From the NCBI GenBank assembly GCA_045595365.1, contig JAZOAI010000005.1, positions 1,198 through 65,197 on the forward strand: a DNA stretch of 64,000 nucleotides. The letters are read 5' to 3'. Numbering within the stretch: the stretch's first letter is position 1; every line of letters begins with the position of its first letter. The DNA comes from Eubacteriales bacterium. Its GTDB lineage: Bacteria > Bacillota > Clostridia > Oscillospirales > JAAYXM01. Below the pieces are notes generated by a model. That model saw nothing but the letters and a program-made list of their open reading frames with translations. It had not been told where the DNA came from and made no database searches. This document shows, piece by piece, positions 42,348 through 52,392 of the stretch. Both the position numbers and the translations under genes were made by a program.

Positions 42348-42860
42348 ATGGAAATACTCGCGCAGATAATCGGCATAGCAGCTCTTGCGTGTGCCGTAAT
42401 CTCATTTCAGCAAAAAACGCATAAGTACATACTTCTTTTTCAGCTTACCGCAAACACGCTTTTTACAATCCACTTTTCCATGCTTGGGGCGTACACAGGT
42501 GCAATCCTCAATGGGATAGGGATTTTCAGGTCGCTCGTGTTTGTCAATAAAGGGAAGAAATGGGCGGATAACATAGCCTGGTTCTGGCTCTTCTGCGCCT
42601 TGTCCGCCGTTGTCGGAATTTTCACCTGGTCGGGGATAGTCTCGCTTCTTCCTGTGGCCGGAATGATTCTGACAACCGCTGCGTTCTGGATTAAAGCTCC
42701 GAAGCTTGTTCGTCGTGTGGCTTTCCCGAGTTCACCGCTCTGGCTTGTCTATAACCTGTATAACCGTTCATATGGCGGTGCAATAACTGAAATTATTAAT
42801 ATGATTTCAATAATTATTGCGATGATCCGCCTCGATTTTAAGAAGGAAAAAACAAATTAA
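42348..42860 (+). CDS. YgjV-family inner membrane protein
   Basis: AQIIG, HF.MLGAYTGA, WLVYN...SYGG pattern. Confidence 0.75.
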   Translation: MEILAQIIGIAALACAVISFQQKTHKYILLFQLTANTLFTIHFSMLGAYTGAILNGIGIFRSLVFVNKGKKWADNIAWFWLFCALSAVVGIFTWSGIVSLLPVAGMILTTAAFWIKAPKLVRRVAFPSSPLWLVYNLYNRSYGGAITEIINMISIIIAMIRLDFKKEKTN

Positions 42861-42872
42861 ATATGCTTTTGC

Positions 42873-42910
42873 ATACGGCACTGTCGGCATATTTTGCGGC
42901 AGTGCCGTAT
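42873..42910 (+). terminator. Hairpin terminator
   Basis: atacggcactg/cagtgccgtat. Confidence 0.65.
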
Positions 42911-42911
42911 A

Positions 42912-42960
42912 TTATGCATAAAAAATGAATATTATGCAAATAAAATAAATAATTATGAAA
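42912..42960. promoter_or_regulatory. ARG boxes (ArgR/AhrC operator)
   Basis: tatgcataaaaaatgaatattatgcaaa; TGCAT/ATGCA half-sites directly upstream of arg promoter. Confidence 0.65.
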
Positions 42961-42966
42961 TTGTGC

Positions 42967-42996
42967 TTGACATATCAGGTGTTTGTGTTGTATAAT
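42967..42996 (+). promoter_or_regulatory. sigma-A promoter of arg operon
   Basis: TTGACA-18 bp-TATAAT. Confidence 0.8.
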
Positions 42997-43050
42997 AATT
43001 CATAATTGGAAAATGGGAAATATTTGTTTCAAAACAAAGGCAAATGAGGG

Positions 43051-43980
43051 ATGAAGATGACAAAAGTATTTATTGACGGAAGCGCTGGAACAACCGGCCT
43101 CCGGATTTACGAACGCCTCGCGGAAAGAAGAGATATAGAGCTTCTTTCTCTTTCAGAGGAGAGAAGAAAAGACACCGAAGCAAGGCGCGAAATGGTAAAC
43201 TGCGCCGAGATTGTTTTTCTGTGCCTTCCGGATGCGGCGGCGAAAGAGTCAGTCTCTCTCATAGAAAACGATACCACGGCAGTTATCGACACATCAACGG
43301 CTCACAGAACAGCAAGCGGCTGGGCATATGGTTTCCCTGAGCTTTCGGGCAGGCGAGAGGCGATAACCTCTTCCAAGCGCATCGCAAACCCCGGATGCCA
43401 CGCAAGCGGTGCCATCGCTCTTATTGCCCCCCTTGTTGAAGCAAATATCATTTCAAAAAGCGCCTCTCTTTCGTGCGCCTCTCTCACCGGATACTCCGGC
43501 GGAGGGAAGAAGATGATAGCGGAATATGAGTCGGAAGACCGCCCGCAGCTTCTTAATGCACCGAGGATGTATGGGCTTTCCCAGTCCCACAAGCACCTCC
43601 CCGAGATTGCGGCGCAGTGCGGTCTGGAGAACGCTCCCGTATTTCTTCCGATTGTCGCGCCGTATTACAGCGGAATGGAAGTCACGGTTTCTCTCTTTTC
43701 GAAGGACATCTCAGGGAGCGTTGATGATATAAAGAATACATACAAAAGCTATTATAAAAATGGGCTTGTTCATTTTTGCGAAAATGCCGACGAAGCAGGT
43801 TTTCTTTCAGCTTCTGCGTTTTCGGGGCGTGACGATATGGAAATCTCGGTTTTTGGAAACGATGACAGAATTATTCTGGTTTCGCGATTTGATAACCTCG
43901 GCAAGGGCGCATCGGGTGCGGCAATCCAGAATATGAACATACTACTCGGAACAGACGAAAAAACAGGTTTAAATGTATAA
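43051..43980 (+). CDS. argC: N-acetyl-gamma-glutamyl-phosphate reductase (type 2)
   Basis: IDGSAGTTG, IANPGC, FDNLGKGASGAA. Confidence 0.96.
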   Translation: MKMTKVFIDGSAGTTGLRIYERLAERRDIELLSLSEERRKDTEARREMVNCAEIVFLCLPDAAAKESVSLIENDTTAVIDTSTAHRTASGWAYGFPELSGRREAITSSKRIANPGCHASGAIALIAPLVEANIISKSASLSCASLTGYSGGGKKMIAEYESEDRPQLLNAPRMYGLSQSHKHLPEIAAQCGLENAPVFLPIVAPYYSGMEVTVSLFSKDISGSVDDIKNTYKSYYKNGLVHFCENADEAGFLSASAFSGRDDMEISVFGNDDRIILVSRFDNLGKGASGAAIQNMNILLGTDEKTGLNV

Positions 43981-43995
43981 CGGAGGATTGTTACA

Positions 43996-45210
43996 ATGAA
44001 GATAATAGAAGGCGGCGTTTGTGCGGCTAAAGGCTTTTCGGCAAACGGGATTCACTGTGGAATCCGCAAAAATAAAACAAAAAGAGACCTCTCGCTTATA
44101 TTCAGCGAGAATCCGGCTTCAGCCGCGGCGGTTTACACAACAAACCTCGTAAAAGGCGCGCCACTCACGGTAACAAAGCGCCATCTTGCAAACGGCCGCG
44201 CGCAGGCGGTAATCTGCAACAGCGGCAACGCAAACACCTGCAATGCTGACGGAATCGAAATTGCGGAGAAAATGAGCGCGCTCTGTGCCGAAAAACTAAA
44301 TATTGCGCCGGAGGATGTCATCGTTGCCTCCACCGGCGTCATAGGTCAGCCGCTTGATATCGAGCCTATTGCAAACGGAATGGCTGAGCTTGCAAGTGGG
44401 CTTTCCGTAAACGGCGGAGAAGCGGCGGCAGAAGGCATTATGACAACTGACGTTGTAAAAAAAGAGATTGCCATAGAGTTTATGCTCGGCGGCAAGGTCT
44501 GCCGTATGGGCGGAATAGCAAAGGGCAGCGGAATGATACACCCGAATATGGCGACAATGCTTGTCTTCATAACAACCGATGCTGCAATAAGCCCTGAAAT
44601 GTTAAAGCTTGCGCTTTCATCGGACATTAAAAACACGTTCAATATGATAAGCATTGACGGGGACACTTCTACAAACGATATGGTTTCAATCCTCGCAAAC
44701 GGAATGGCAGGCAACCCTGAAATTGCAAGCGAGGGCGCAGATTTTGTCGAGTTTATGAAAGCGCTCAACACAATAACGGTTTACCTCTGCCGTATGATTG
44801 CGGCAGACGGCGAGGGGGCGACAAAGCTTCTTGAATGTGTTGTATCGGGTGCTGATAGCGAGGCCACGGCAAAGACAGTCGCAAAAAGCGTTATATGCTC
44901 AAGCCTCTTAAAGGCGGCGATGTTCGGTGCGGATGCAAACTGGGGCCGTGTTCTCTGTGCGATAGGCTACAGTGGCGCCGATGTCGACGTAACAAAGGTT
45001 TGCGTTTCATTCAAAAGTGCAAAAGGAGAGATCCTTGTTTGCAAGGATGGAGCGGGAGTTGAATTCTCAGAGGAAAAAGCAAAAGAGATTCTTCTTGAGG
45101 ATGAGATCGGCATTATCGTTTCGGTAGGTGACGGTAACGCCTCTGCAACTGCATGGGGCTGTGACCTCACTTATGACTATGTTAAAATCAATGGCGATTA
45201 CAGAACTTGA
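43996..45210 (+). CDS. argJ: Bifunctional ornithine acetyltransferase
   Basis: NSGNAN, KGSGMIHPNMATML, DGDTSTND. Confidence 0.98.
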   Translation: MKIIEGGVCAAKGFSANGIHCGIRKNKTKRDLSLIFSENPASAAAVYTTNLVKGAPLTVTKRHLANGRAQAVICNSGNANTCNADGIEIAEKMSALCAEKLNIAPEDVIVASTGVIGQPLDIEPIANGMAELASGLSVNGGEAAAEGIMTTDVVKKEIAIEFMLGGKVCRMGGIAKGSGMIHPNMATMLVFITTDAAISPEMLKLALSSDIKNTFNMISIDGDTSTNDMVSILANGMAGNPEIASEGADFVEFMKALNTITVYLCRMIAADGEGATKLLECVVSGADSEATAKTVAKSVICSSLLKAAMFGADANWGRVLCAIGYSGADVDVTKVCVSFKSAKGEILVCKDGAGVEFSEEKAKEILLEDEIGIIVSVGDGNASATAWGCDLTYDYVKINGDYRT

Positions 45211-45228
45211 TTCGGAGGACTGATAAAA

Positions 45229-46092
45229 ATGGCAAATGTGTTTTCAAACGCAGAGCGTGCAGAGGTGCTGACCCAGGCGCTTCCGTATATAAAACGCTAT
45301 AACGGAAAAATCGTTGTCGTGAAATACGGCGGTAATGCTATGATTGACGAACAACTGAAACAGCAGGTTATGGAGGATATCGTTCTTCTGTGGCTCATCG
45401 GCGTTAAAATCGTTCTTGTCCACGGCGGAGGCCCTGAGATTTCCGACATTATGCAGAAGCTCGGCAAGAAGGCAGAGTTCGTAAACGGGCTGCGTGTTAC
45501 GGATAAAGAAACCGTCGATATTGTCCAGATGGTGCTTGCGGGGAAGGTAAACAAAACGCTTGTAACGCTTCTTGAAACAATGGGCGGAAGGGCTATGGGA
45601 ATCTCCGGTATGGACGGGCGCCTTATCGAGGCGAAGATGAAGGACGAAAAGCTCGGATATGTCGGCGCGATTACGAAAATCAACATCAGACCCGTTGTTG
45701 ACCTTCTTGAAAAGAACTACATCCCCGTTATTTCAACCGTAGGATGCGACAGGGAAGGGAATACTTATAATATTAACGGCGATACGGCTGCGGCACATAT
45801 AGCAGGTGCGTTGGGGGCTGAGCGTCTGATTATGATGACGGATATTGCGGGAATCCTCCGCGATAAGGATGACCCCTCAACTCTCATCCACGAAATAACA
45901 CTTAAGGATGCGGGCAAGCTATATGACGACGGCATAATCTCGGGCGGAATGATTCCAAAGGTGGATTGCTGCATTGAAGCAATCCGCGAGGGAGTCAAAA
46001 AGGTAATTATAATGGATGGCCGCGTTCCTCACTCAATCCTTATGGAGCTTCTTACAAACGAGGGCGCGGGAACAATGGTAACCGGAGGATAA
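45229..46092 (+). CDS. argB: Acetylglutamate kinase
   Basis: VVKYGGNAM, VHGGGPEI, GLRVTD, GGMIPK. Confidence 0.98.
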   Translation: MANVFSNAERAEVLTQALPYIKRYNGKIVVVKYGGNAMIDEQLKQQVMEDIVLLWLIGVKIVLVHGGGPEISDIMQKLGKKAEFVNGLRVTDKETVDIVQMVLAGKVNKTLVTLLETMGGRAMGISGMDGRLIEAKMKDEKLGYVGAITKINIRPVVDLLEKNYIPVISTVGCDREGNTYNINGDTAAAHIAGALGAERLIMMTDIAGILRDKDDPSTLIHEITLKDAGKLYDDGIISGGMIPKVDCCIEAIREGVKKVIIMDGRVPHSILMELLTNEGAGTMVTGG

Positions 46093-46093
46093 A

Positions 46094-47257
46094 ATGAGCA
46101 TTATAGAAACAGATAAAAGCTTTGTCGCAAATACATATAACCGCTTTCCCATAGAGCTTGTTCAGGGAAAGGGAGCAGAGGTTTTTGATGCGTGCGGCAA
46201 ACGCTACATAGATATGGGGACAGGAATCGGAGTCAATGCTTTTGGCTTTTCCGATGACGTATGGGTTTCGGCTGTAAAAGAGCAGCTTTCAAAGCTCGCG
46301 CATACTTCAAACCTCTACTACACAGAGCCGTGTGCCCGTCTTGCAAAGATGCTTTGCGAGAAGACCGGGATGAAAAAAGTGTTCTTCGGGAATTCCGGCG
46401 CAGAAGCAAACGAGTGTGCGATAAAAATTGCGAGAAAATACGCCGCAGAGAAAAAAGGCGAGGATTATTTCACAATAATCACCCTTGAAAACAGCTTCCA
46501 TGGCAGAACTCTCACAACCCTTGCCGCAACCGGCCAGGAGCATTACCACGAGCTTTTTAACCCCCTCACTCCCGGGTTCGTTCACACCCCCGCAAACGAC
46601 TTTGAAAAGCTTAAGAAGACGGCATCTGAAACAAAATGCGCAGCAATTATGATGGAATGTGTTCAGGGTGAGGGCGGCGTAATCGCGCTTGATGCAGACT
46701 TTGTCAAAAAGACAGCAGCCTTTGCAAAAGAAAACGACATCATCCTCATTATCGATGAGGTTCAGACGGGCAACGGCAGAAGCGGTAATCTCTATTCATA
46801 TATGAACTTCGGAATAGAGCCCGATGTCGTCACCACCGCAAAAGGGCTTGGAGGAGGTCTCCCGATAGGTGCAGCGCTTCTCTCCGGAAAAGTTGAAAAC
46901 GTTCTCGGCTTCGGAGACCACGGCTCAACTTTTGGCGGTAATCCCGTTGCGGCGGCAGGTGCGCTCTGCATCGTCACGAGAATAGATGATGCCCTTCTTG
47001 CTGAGGTCAGAAAAAAGAGTGAATACATCTTTAAAACCCTTTCTGAGTGTAAAGGCGTTGAGGCTGTCACTGGAATGGGGCTTATGATTGGCATAAAAAC
47101 AAAGAAGCCGGCAAGCGACATTGTAAAAGCGTGTATGGAACGCGGTGTTCTCTGCCTGACGGCAAAGGATAAGGTTCGCCTGCTTCCACCGCTCAATATA
47201 GAATGGAACATCCTGCGCGAGGCGATTGATACTATCACAAAAGCATGCGAAGAATAA
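46094..47257 (+). CDS. argD: Acetylornithine aminotransferase
   Basis: NSGAEANE, SFHGRT, DEVQTG, TAKGLGGG. Confidence 0.96.
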   Translation: MSIIETDKSFVANTYNRFPIELVQGKGAEVFDACGKRYIDMGTGIGVNAFGFSDDVWVSAVKEQLSKLAHTSNLYYTEPCARLAKMLCEKTGMKKVFFGNSGAEANECAIKIARKYAAEKKGEDYFTIITLENSFHGRTLTTLAATGQEHYHELFNPLTPGFVHTPANDFEKLKKTASETKCAAIMMECVQGEGGVIALDADFVKKTAAFAKENDIILIIDEVQTGNGRSGNLYSYMNFGIEPDVVTTAKGLGGGLPIGAALLSGKVENVLGFGDHGSTFGGNPVAAAGALCIVTRIDDALLAEVRKKSEYIFKTLSECKGVEAVTGMGLMIGIKTKKPASDIVKACMERGVLCLTAKDKVRLLPPLNIEWNILREAIDTITKACEE

Positions 47258-47278
47258 CTGCGAAAGGACAGAGTTATT

Positions 47279-48262
47279 ATGAATTTAAAAGGTAAAAGCT
47301 TTTTAAAGCTTCTTGACTTTACACCCGGTGAAATCAATTATCTCATAGAGCTTGCAGAAAAACTCAAGAAAAAGAAGCAGCGCGGCATTTCCCACCGCTC
47401 CTGCAGGGGGAAGAACATAGCTCTCATTTTCGAAAAAACAAGCACACGCACACGTTGTGCATTTGAAGTTGCCGCGGCGGACCTTGGGATGCATCCTGTC
47501 TATCTTGACCCTCAGGGTTCCCAGATAGGAAAGAAAGAAAGCATTGCAGATACTGCAAGAGTTCTTGGGAGAATGTTTGACGGCATAGAGTATCGCGGAT
47601 TTGGTCAGGAGATTGTTGAAGAGCTTGCCAGGTGCGCGGGCGTTCCCGTATGGAATGGGCTTACAAACGAATTCCACCCGACGCAGATTCTCGCGGATTT
47701 TCTTACGATTAAAGAACGCTTTGGCAAGCTTTCCGGTATAAAGCTCGTTTATATGGGTGATGCCCGTTATAATATGGGAAACTCTCTTATGGTCGGTTGC
47801 GCAAAAATGGGTATGCACTTTGTTGCATGCGCCCCGAAAAAGTATTTTCCGTCAGACGAGCTTGTTGAAAAGTGCTGTGAAATTGCAAAGGAAACAGGAG
47901 CTGTCATTGAGTTTATAGAAGACCCGAAGGAAGCCACAAAGAACGCAAACGTTATTTATACCGACGTCTGGGTTTCAATGGGCGAGCCGGAGGAGGTATG
48001 GAAGGAAAGGATTTCTGACCTTCTCCCATATCAGGTCAATATGGAGCTTATGAAAAACGCAGGTGATGATTGCGTGTTTATGCACTGTCTGCCAGCTTTC
48101 CACGACCTCAAAACAACAGTCGGCCGCGATATTTATGAAAAGTTCGGCATTTCAGAAATGGAAGTTACAGACGAAGTAATCGAAAGTTCATGCTCAATCG
48201 TCTTTGATGAGGCTGAAAACAGAATGCACACAATCAAGGCGGTAATGGCGGCAACTTTATAA
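47279..48262 (+). CDS. argF: Ornithine carbamoyltransferase
   Basis: STRTR, HPTQ, SMG, HCLP. Confidence 0.98.
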   Translation: MNLKGKSFLKLLDFTPGEINYLIELAEKLKKKKQRGISHRSCRGKNIALIFEKTSTRTRCAFEVAAADLGMHPVYLDPQGSQIGKKESIADTARVLGRMFDGIEYRGFGQEIVEELARCAGVPVWNGLTNEFHPTQILADFLTIKERFGKLSGIKLVYMGDARYNMGNSLMVGCAKMGMHFVACAPKKYFPSDELVEKCCEIAKETGAVIEFIEDPKEATKNANVIYTDVWVSMGEPEEVWKERISDLLPYQVNMELMKNAGDDCVFMHCLPAFHDLKTTVGRDIYEKFGISEMEVTDEVIESSCSIVFDEAENRMHTIKAVMAATL

Positions 48263-48309
48263 ATATAAGATTAGAAGAATTATTCCGATTTTCCGGGGAG
48301 GCGAAGATA

Positions 48310-51300
48310 ATGCCCAAGGATAATACAATTTCAAAAGTTCTTGTTATCGGGTCAGGGCCGATAGTTATAGGTCAGGCGGCGGAATTTGACTATGCGGGCG
48401 CTCAGGCGTGCCGGGTTCTCCGCGAAGAGGGGATAAACGTTGTCCTCGTAAACTCAAACCCCGCCACAATTATGACGGACAAGAGCCTTGCTGATGAGAT
48501 TTATCTCGAACCGCTCAACTGCGACACCGTCAGGAGAATTATCGCAAAAGAGCGGCCTGATGGGCTTCTTGCAGGGCTTGGCGGCCAGACAGGGCTTACA
48601 ATAGCTATGCAGCTTTTCCGTGACGGAACTCTTGATAAATACAATGTCCGTCTTCTTGGGACAGATGTGGACGCAATCGAAACGGCTGAAGACCGCGAGC
48701 TTTTCAGAAACGCTATGCGAGATATCGGAAAGCCCTGTGTTCCGTCAGAGGTTACGGACAATGTTGACGGCGCTCTTTCGATAGCGGAAGAAATCGGATA
48801 CCCCGTAATTGTGCGCCCGGCTTTCACTCTTGGCGGCTCAGGCGGGGGAATCGCCGATACGAAAGAAGAGCTTTCTGTTATAGCCAAAAGCGGGCTTGAT
48901 ATGTCACCGATAACCCAGATTCTTGTTGAAAAGTGCATCTCAGGCTGGAAGGAAATTGAGTTTGAAACAATGCGCGATGCAAGCGGCAACGCCATAGCTG
49001 TCTGCTCAATGGAGAATATAGACCCCGTCGGCGTGCATACCGGCGACTCTATCGTTGCAGCTCCGGCGCTCACCCTCACTGAGGCAGAATACGATATGCT
49101 ATATAAGGCGTCTCTTGACATCGTTTCATCAATCGGGATTATAGGCGGATGTAATTGTCAGTTTGCCTTAAAACCCGACAGTATGGAATATGCAGTCATA
49201 GAAGTCAACCCCCGCGTTTCGCGATCTTCCGCGCTTGCCTCAAAGGCTACGGGATACCCGATTGCGAAGATAACAACGAAAATCGCCCTCGGGTACAGCC
49301 TTGACGAAATCAAAAACGATATGACGGACAAAGGCTCTGTTTTCTTTGAGCCGAAGGTTGATTACGTTGTAGTCAAATTTCCGAAATGGCCGTTTGACAA
49401 ATTTGCAGAATCCGACAGAAAGCTCGGAACGCAGATGAAGGCAACCGGTGAGGTTATGGCAATAGGCGGCTCTTTTGAAGAAGCTCTCATGAAAGCTGTT
49501 CGCGGTGCTGAAATCTCCCTTGACACCTTAAACGCCGCGCCACTCAGTGAAAAAACTGTAACCGAGCGTCTTTCTGAGCAGAACGACAGAAGAATCTTTA
49601 CTGTGTTTGAAGCTCTCAAAACAGGCGTTTCCATTGATGAAATATATGAAATAACTAAAATTGACAAATGGTTTTTAAATAAGCTTTTAAAGCTTTCTGA
49701 TTTTGAGAAAAAGCTTGAAGCAGAAGGTGTTTCGGAAGAAAATTATTTAAGAGCAAAAGAATTAGGTTATACCGACAAAGCTATTTCGGAAATAACGGGA
49801 GAGACAAAACTCCCCGAATTTTCGTCAAGTTATAAAAAAGTCAACACCTGCCGAGATGGCGCTCCTGCCGTAAAGTCATATTTCTACTCTTCTGCAAACG
49901 GCGCTTGCGAAGCGCGCGCAGAGAAGAGAAGCGGAAAGCCCGTTGTTATGGTGCTCGGGTCCGGCCCCATCCGAATCGGGCAGGGAATAGAGTTTGACTA
50001 CAGCTCAGTTCACTGCGTATGGACACTCCGCAATATGGGCTATGACGTTGTCATAGTCAACAACAACCCCGAAACGGTATCTACTGACTATGACACGGCA
50101 GACAGGCTTTATTTTGAGCCGCTCACCCCCGAGGATGTAATGAACATCATTCGGGTTGAAAATCCGATTGGAGTCGTTGTTGCCTTCGGCGGGCAGACTG
50201 CCATAAAGCTCACGAAGTTCCTTGATGATGCAGGTGTAAAAATTCTCGGAACGTCTGCCGAAAGCATTGATATGGCGGAGGATCGCGCCCGCTTTGATGC
50301 GCTTTTAGAGCAATTTTCGATTAAAAGACCCAAGGGAATGGGCGTTCTTACCATAGACGCGGCTCTTTCTGCAGCGGAAAGCTTCGGTTATCCCGTTCTC
50401 CTGCGCCCGTCTTACGTAATCGGCGGCCAGAATATGACGATTTCGCGAAGCGACGAGCAGACAAAGCGGTATATGCAAACAATCCTTTCAGGGAAAATAG
50501 AAAACCCTGTTCTTGTCGACAAATATATGCCGGGAACAGAGCTTGAGGTTGACGTCATCTCCGACGGGGAAGACGTTCTCATCCCCGGAATTATGGAGCA
50601 TATAGAGCGGGCAGGAGTTCACAGCGGCGACTCTATCGCAGTATACCCGCCGTATAACTTGAGCGATAAGTTCCTCAAGAAGATATGCGATTGCTCAGAA
50701 AAACTCGCGCTTGCGATGAAAACAAAAGGGCTTGTTAATATTCAATATCTCATTTACGATAACGAGCTTTATGTTATCGAGGTAAACCCCCGCGCATCGC
50801 GAACCGTTCCGTATATCAGCAAGGTCACAAACGTTCCCATGGTAGATATCGCCTCTCGCGTTATGCTCGGCGAAAAGCTCGCTGATATGGGATATGGTAC
50901 GGGGCTTTACAGAACCCCGCCGTATTTTGCGGTAAAAGTTCCCGTGTTCTCATTTGAGAAGTTAAACGACGTAAACTCAATCCTCGGCCCCGAGATGAAG
51001 TCAACGGGCGAGGTTTTGGGAATAGGCAAAACCACTGCAGAAGCACTTTTTAAAGGGCTTACTGCTGCAGGGTTCACTGTCCCCTCAGCTCGCGGAGACA
51101 AGACTCCCGGAGTTCTCATAAGCGTTGAGGAAAACGACTATCAAGAGGTTATCTCTGTTGCAAAACGCTTTTATGATTCGGGAATCAGGCTTTTCGCAAC
51201 CCGCGGAACAGCTTCGGCAATAGCAGATGCGGGAATTCAGGTCACCTCCGTCGAAAACGCTGAAGAGGGCGACGGCGCAACCCGCCTTATGGAAAGCGGG

Positions 51301-52344
51301 AGCGTAAATTATATAATCTACACCGGTGCCGTGAAAGATGCAACCGTCGGGGATTATATAAAGCTTCATCGCCGTGCTATGCAGCTTGGGATTCCGTGCC
51401 TTACCTCGCTTGACACCGCAAATGCGCTTGCGGATATAATAGAGAGCGGGTTCACTCTTGAAAATACAGAGCTTGTAGACATAAACTCAATGCGTCTGTG
51501 GCGCGAGAAAATTCATTTTGCAAAGATGCACTCCTGCGGAAACGACTATATATTCATAGAGAATTTTGACGGCAGGCTCACCTGCGCAGAATCTCTGTGC
51601 GTAAACCTCTGTCGCGAGCATTTCGGAATCGGAGCCGACGGAATTGTTCTTATAGAACGCTCGGGAAAAGCTGATGCAAAGATGAGAACCTTCAACCGCG
51701 ACGGCAGCGAGGGCAAAATGGCGGGCAACAACATCCGCTGTGTTGCAAAATATCTCTATGATAAGGGATATGTGAGAAGTGAAAACCTCTCTGTTGAAAC
51801 GGCAAGCGGAGTATACCGCATGAAGCTGTATTTAAGAGATGGGGTTGTCAATTCCGTTTCCGTAAATATGGGAAAGGCAAACCTTGATGCAAAGGTTGTC
51901 CCGGTTTCGTGTGAGATGCAAAAAATGATAAATTCACCAATTGACATTTGCGGAGAGACTTATAACGCAACGTGTCTCTCGGTAGGAAACCCTCATTGTG
52001 TGGTGTTTGCAAACGCAATCGACGGCTTGAATCTCGGCGAGATTGGGCCCCGTTTTGAAAAGTCGGAGCTTTTCCCCGAGGGGGTAAACACCGGGTTTGT
52101 CAGAGTTATCGACAGAACAACGCTTCGCGTTCGCATCTGGGAGCGCGGAAACGGCGAAACCCTTGCCTGCGGAACGGGCGCCTGCGCTGCCGCAGTTGCC
52201 GCGGTCGAAAACGGCTTCTGTGATAAGGGAGCAGATATAACCGTCAAGCTTCCCGGTGGCGATCTTACGGTAAACTATACCGACGAGAGAATTATCCTTT
52301 CCGGCAGCGCCGTTTTGGTGTTTGAAGGCGAATTTGAATATTAA
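48310..52344 (+). CDS. carB: Carbamoyl-phosphate synthase large subunit fused to C-terminal DapF-like epimerase domain
   Basis: GSGPIVIGQAAEFDY, two ATP-grasp halves, MGS domain; from ~51511 FAKMHSCGNDY, GNPHCV, ERGNGETLACGTGACA. Confidence 0.95.
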   Translation: MPKDNTISKVLVIGSGPIVIGQAAEFDYAGAQACRVLREEGINVVLVNSNPATIMTDKSLADEIYLEPLNCDTVRRIIAKERPDGLLAGLGGQTGLTIAMQLFRDGTLDKYNVRLLGTDVDAIETAEDRELFRNAMRDIGKPCVPSEVTDNVDGALSIAEEIGYPVIVRPAFTLGGSGGGIADTKEELSVIAKSGLDMSPITQILVEKCISGWKEIEFETMRDASGNAIAVCSMENIDPVGVHTGDSIVAAPALTLTEAEYDMLYKASLDIVSSIGIIGGCNCQFALKPDSMEYAVIEVNPRVSRSSALASKATGYPIAKITTKIALGYSLDEIKNDMTDKGSVFFEPKVDYVVVKFPKWPFDKFAESDRKLGTQMKATGEVMAIGGSFEEALMKAVRGAEISLDTLNAAPLSEKTVTERLSEQNDRRIFTVFEALKTGVSIDEIYEITKIDKWFLNKLLKLSDFEKKLEAEGVSEENYLRAKELGYTDKAISEITGETKLPEFSSSYKKVNTCRDGAPAVKSYFYSSANGACEARAEKRSGKPVVMVLGSGPIRIGQGIEFDYSSVHCVWTLRNMGYDVVIVNNNPETVSTDYDTADRLYFEPLTPEDVMNIIRVENPIGVVVAFGGQTAIKLTKFLDDAGVKILGTSAESIDMAEDRARFDALLEQFSIKRPKGMGVLTIDAALSAAESFGYPVLLRPSYVIGGQNMTISRSDEQTKRYMQTILSGKIENPVLVDKYMPGTELEVDVISDGEDVLIPGIMEHIERAGVHSGDSIAVYPPYNLSDKFLKKICDCSEKLALAMKTKGLVNIQYLIYDNELYVIEVNPRASRTVPYISKVTNVPMVDIASRVMLGEKLADMGYGTGLYRTPPYFAVKVPVFSFEKLNDVNSILGPEMKSTGEVLGIGKTTAEALFKGLTAAGFTVPSARGDKTPGVLISVEENDYQEVISVAKRFYDSGIRLFATRGTASAIADAGIQVTSVENAEEGDGATRLMESGSVNYIIYTGAVKDATVGDYIKLHRRAMQLGIPCLTSLDTANALADIIESGFTLENTELVDINSMRLWREKIHFAKMHSCGNDYIFIENFDGRLTCAESLCVNLCREHFGIGADGIVLIERSGKADAKMRTFNRDGSEGKMAGNNIRCVAKYLYDKGYVRSENLSVETASGVYRMKLYLRDGVVNSVSVNMGKANLDAKVVPVSCEMQKMINSPIDICGETYNATCLSVGNPHCVVFANAIDGLNLGEIGPRFEKSELFPEGVNTGFVRVIDRTTLRVRIWERGNGETLACGTGACAAAVAAVENGFCDKGADITVKLPGGDLTVNYTDERIILSGSAVLVFEGEFEY

Positions 52345-52347
52345 AAC

Positions 52348-52383
52348 AAAAAAAGAGATGTGGCTTATGCCACATCTCTTTTG
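52348..52383. terminator. Bidirectional terminator
   Basis: aaaagagatgtggc/gccacatctctttt. Confidence 0.9.
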
Positions 52384-52392
52384 CTACATTTG

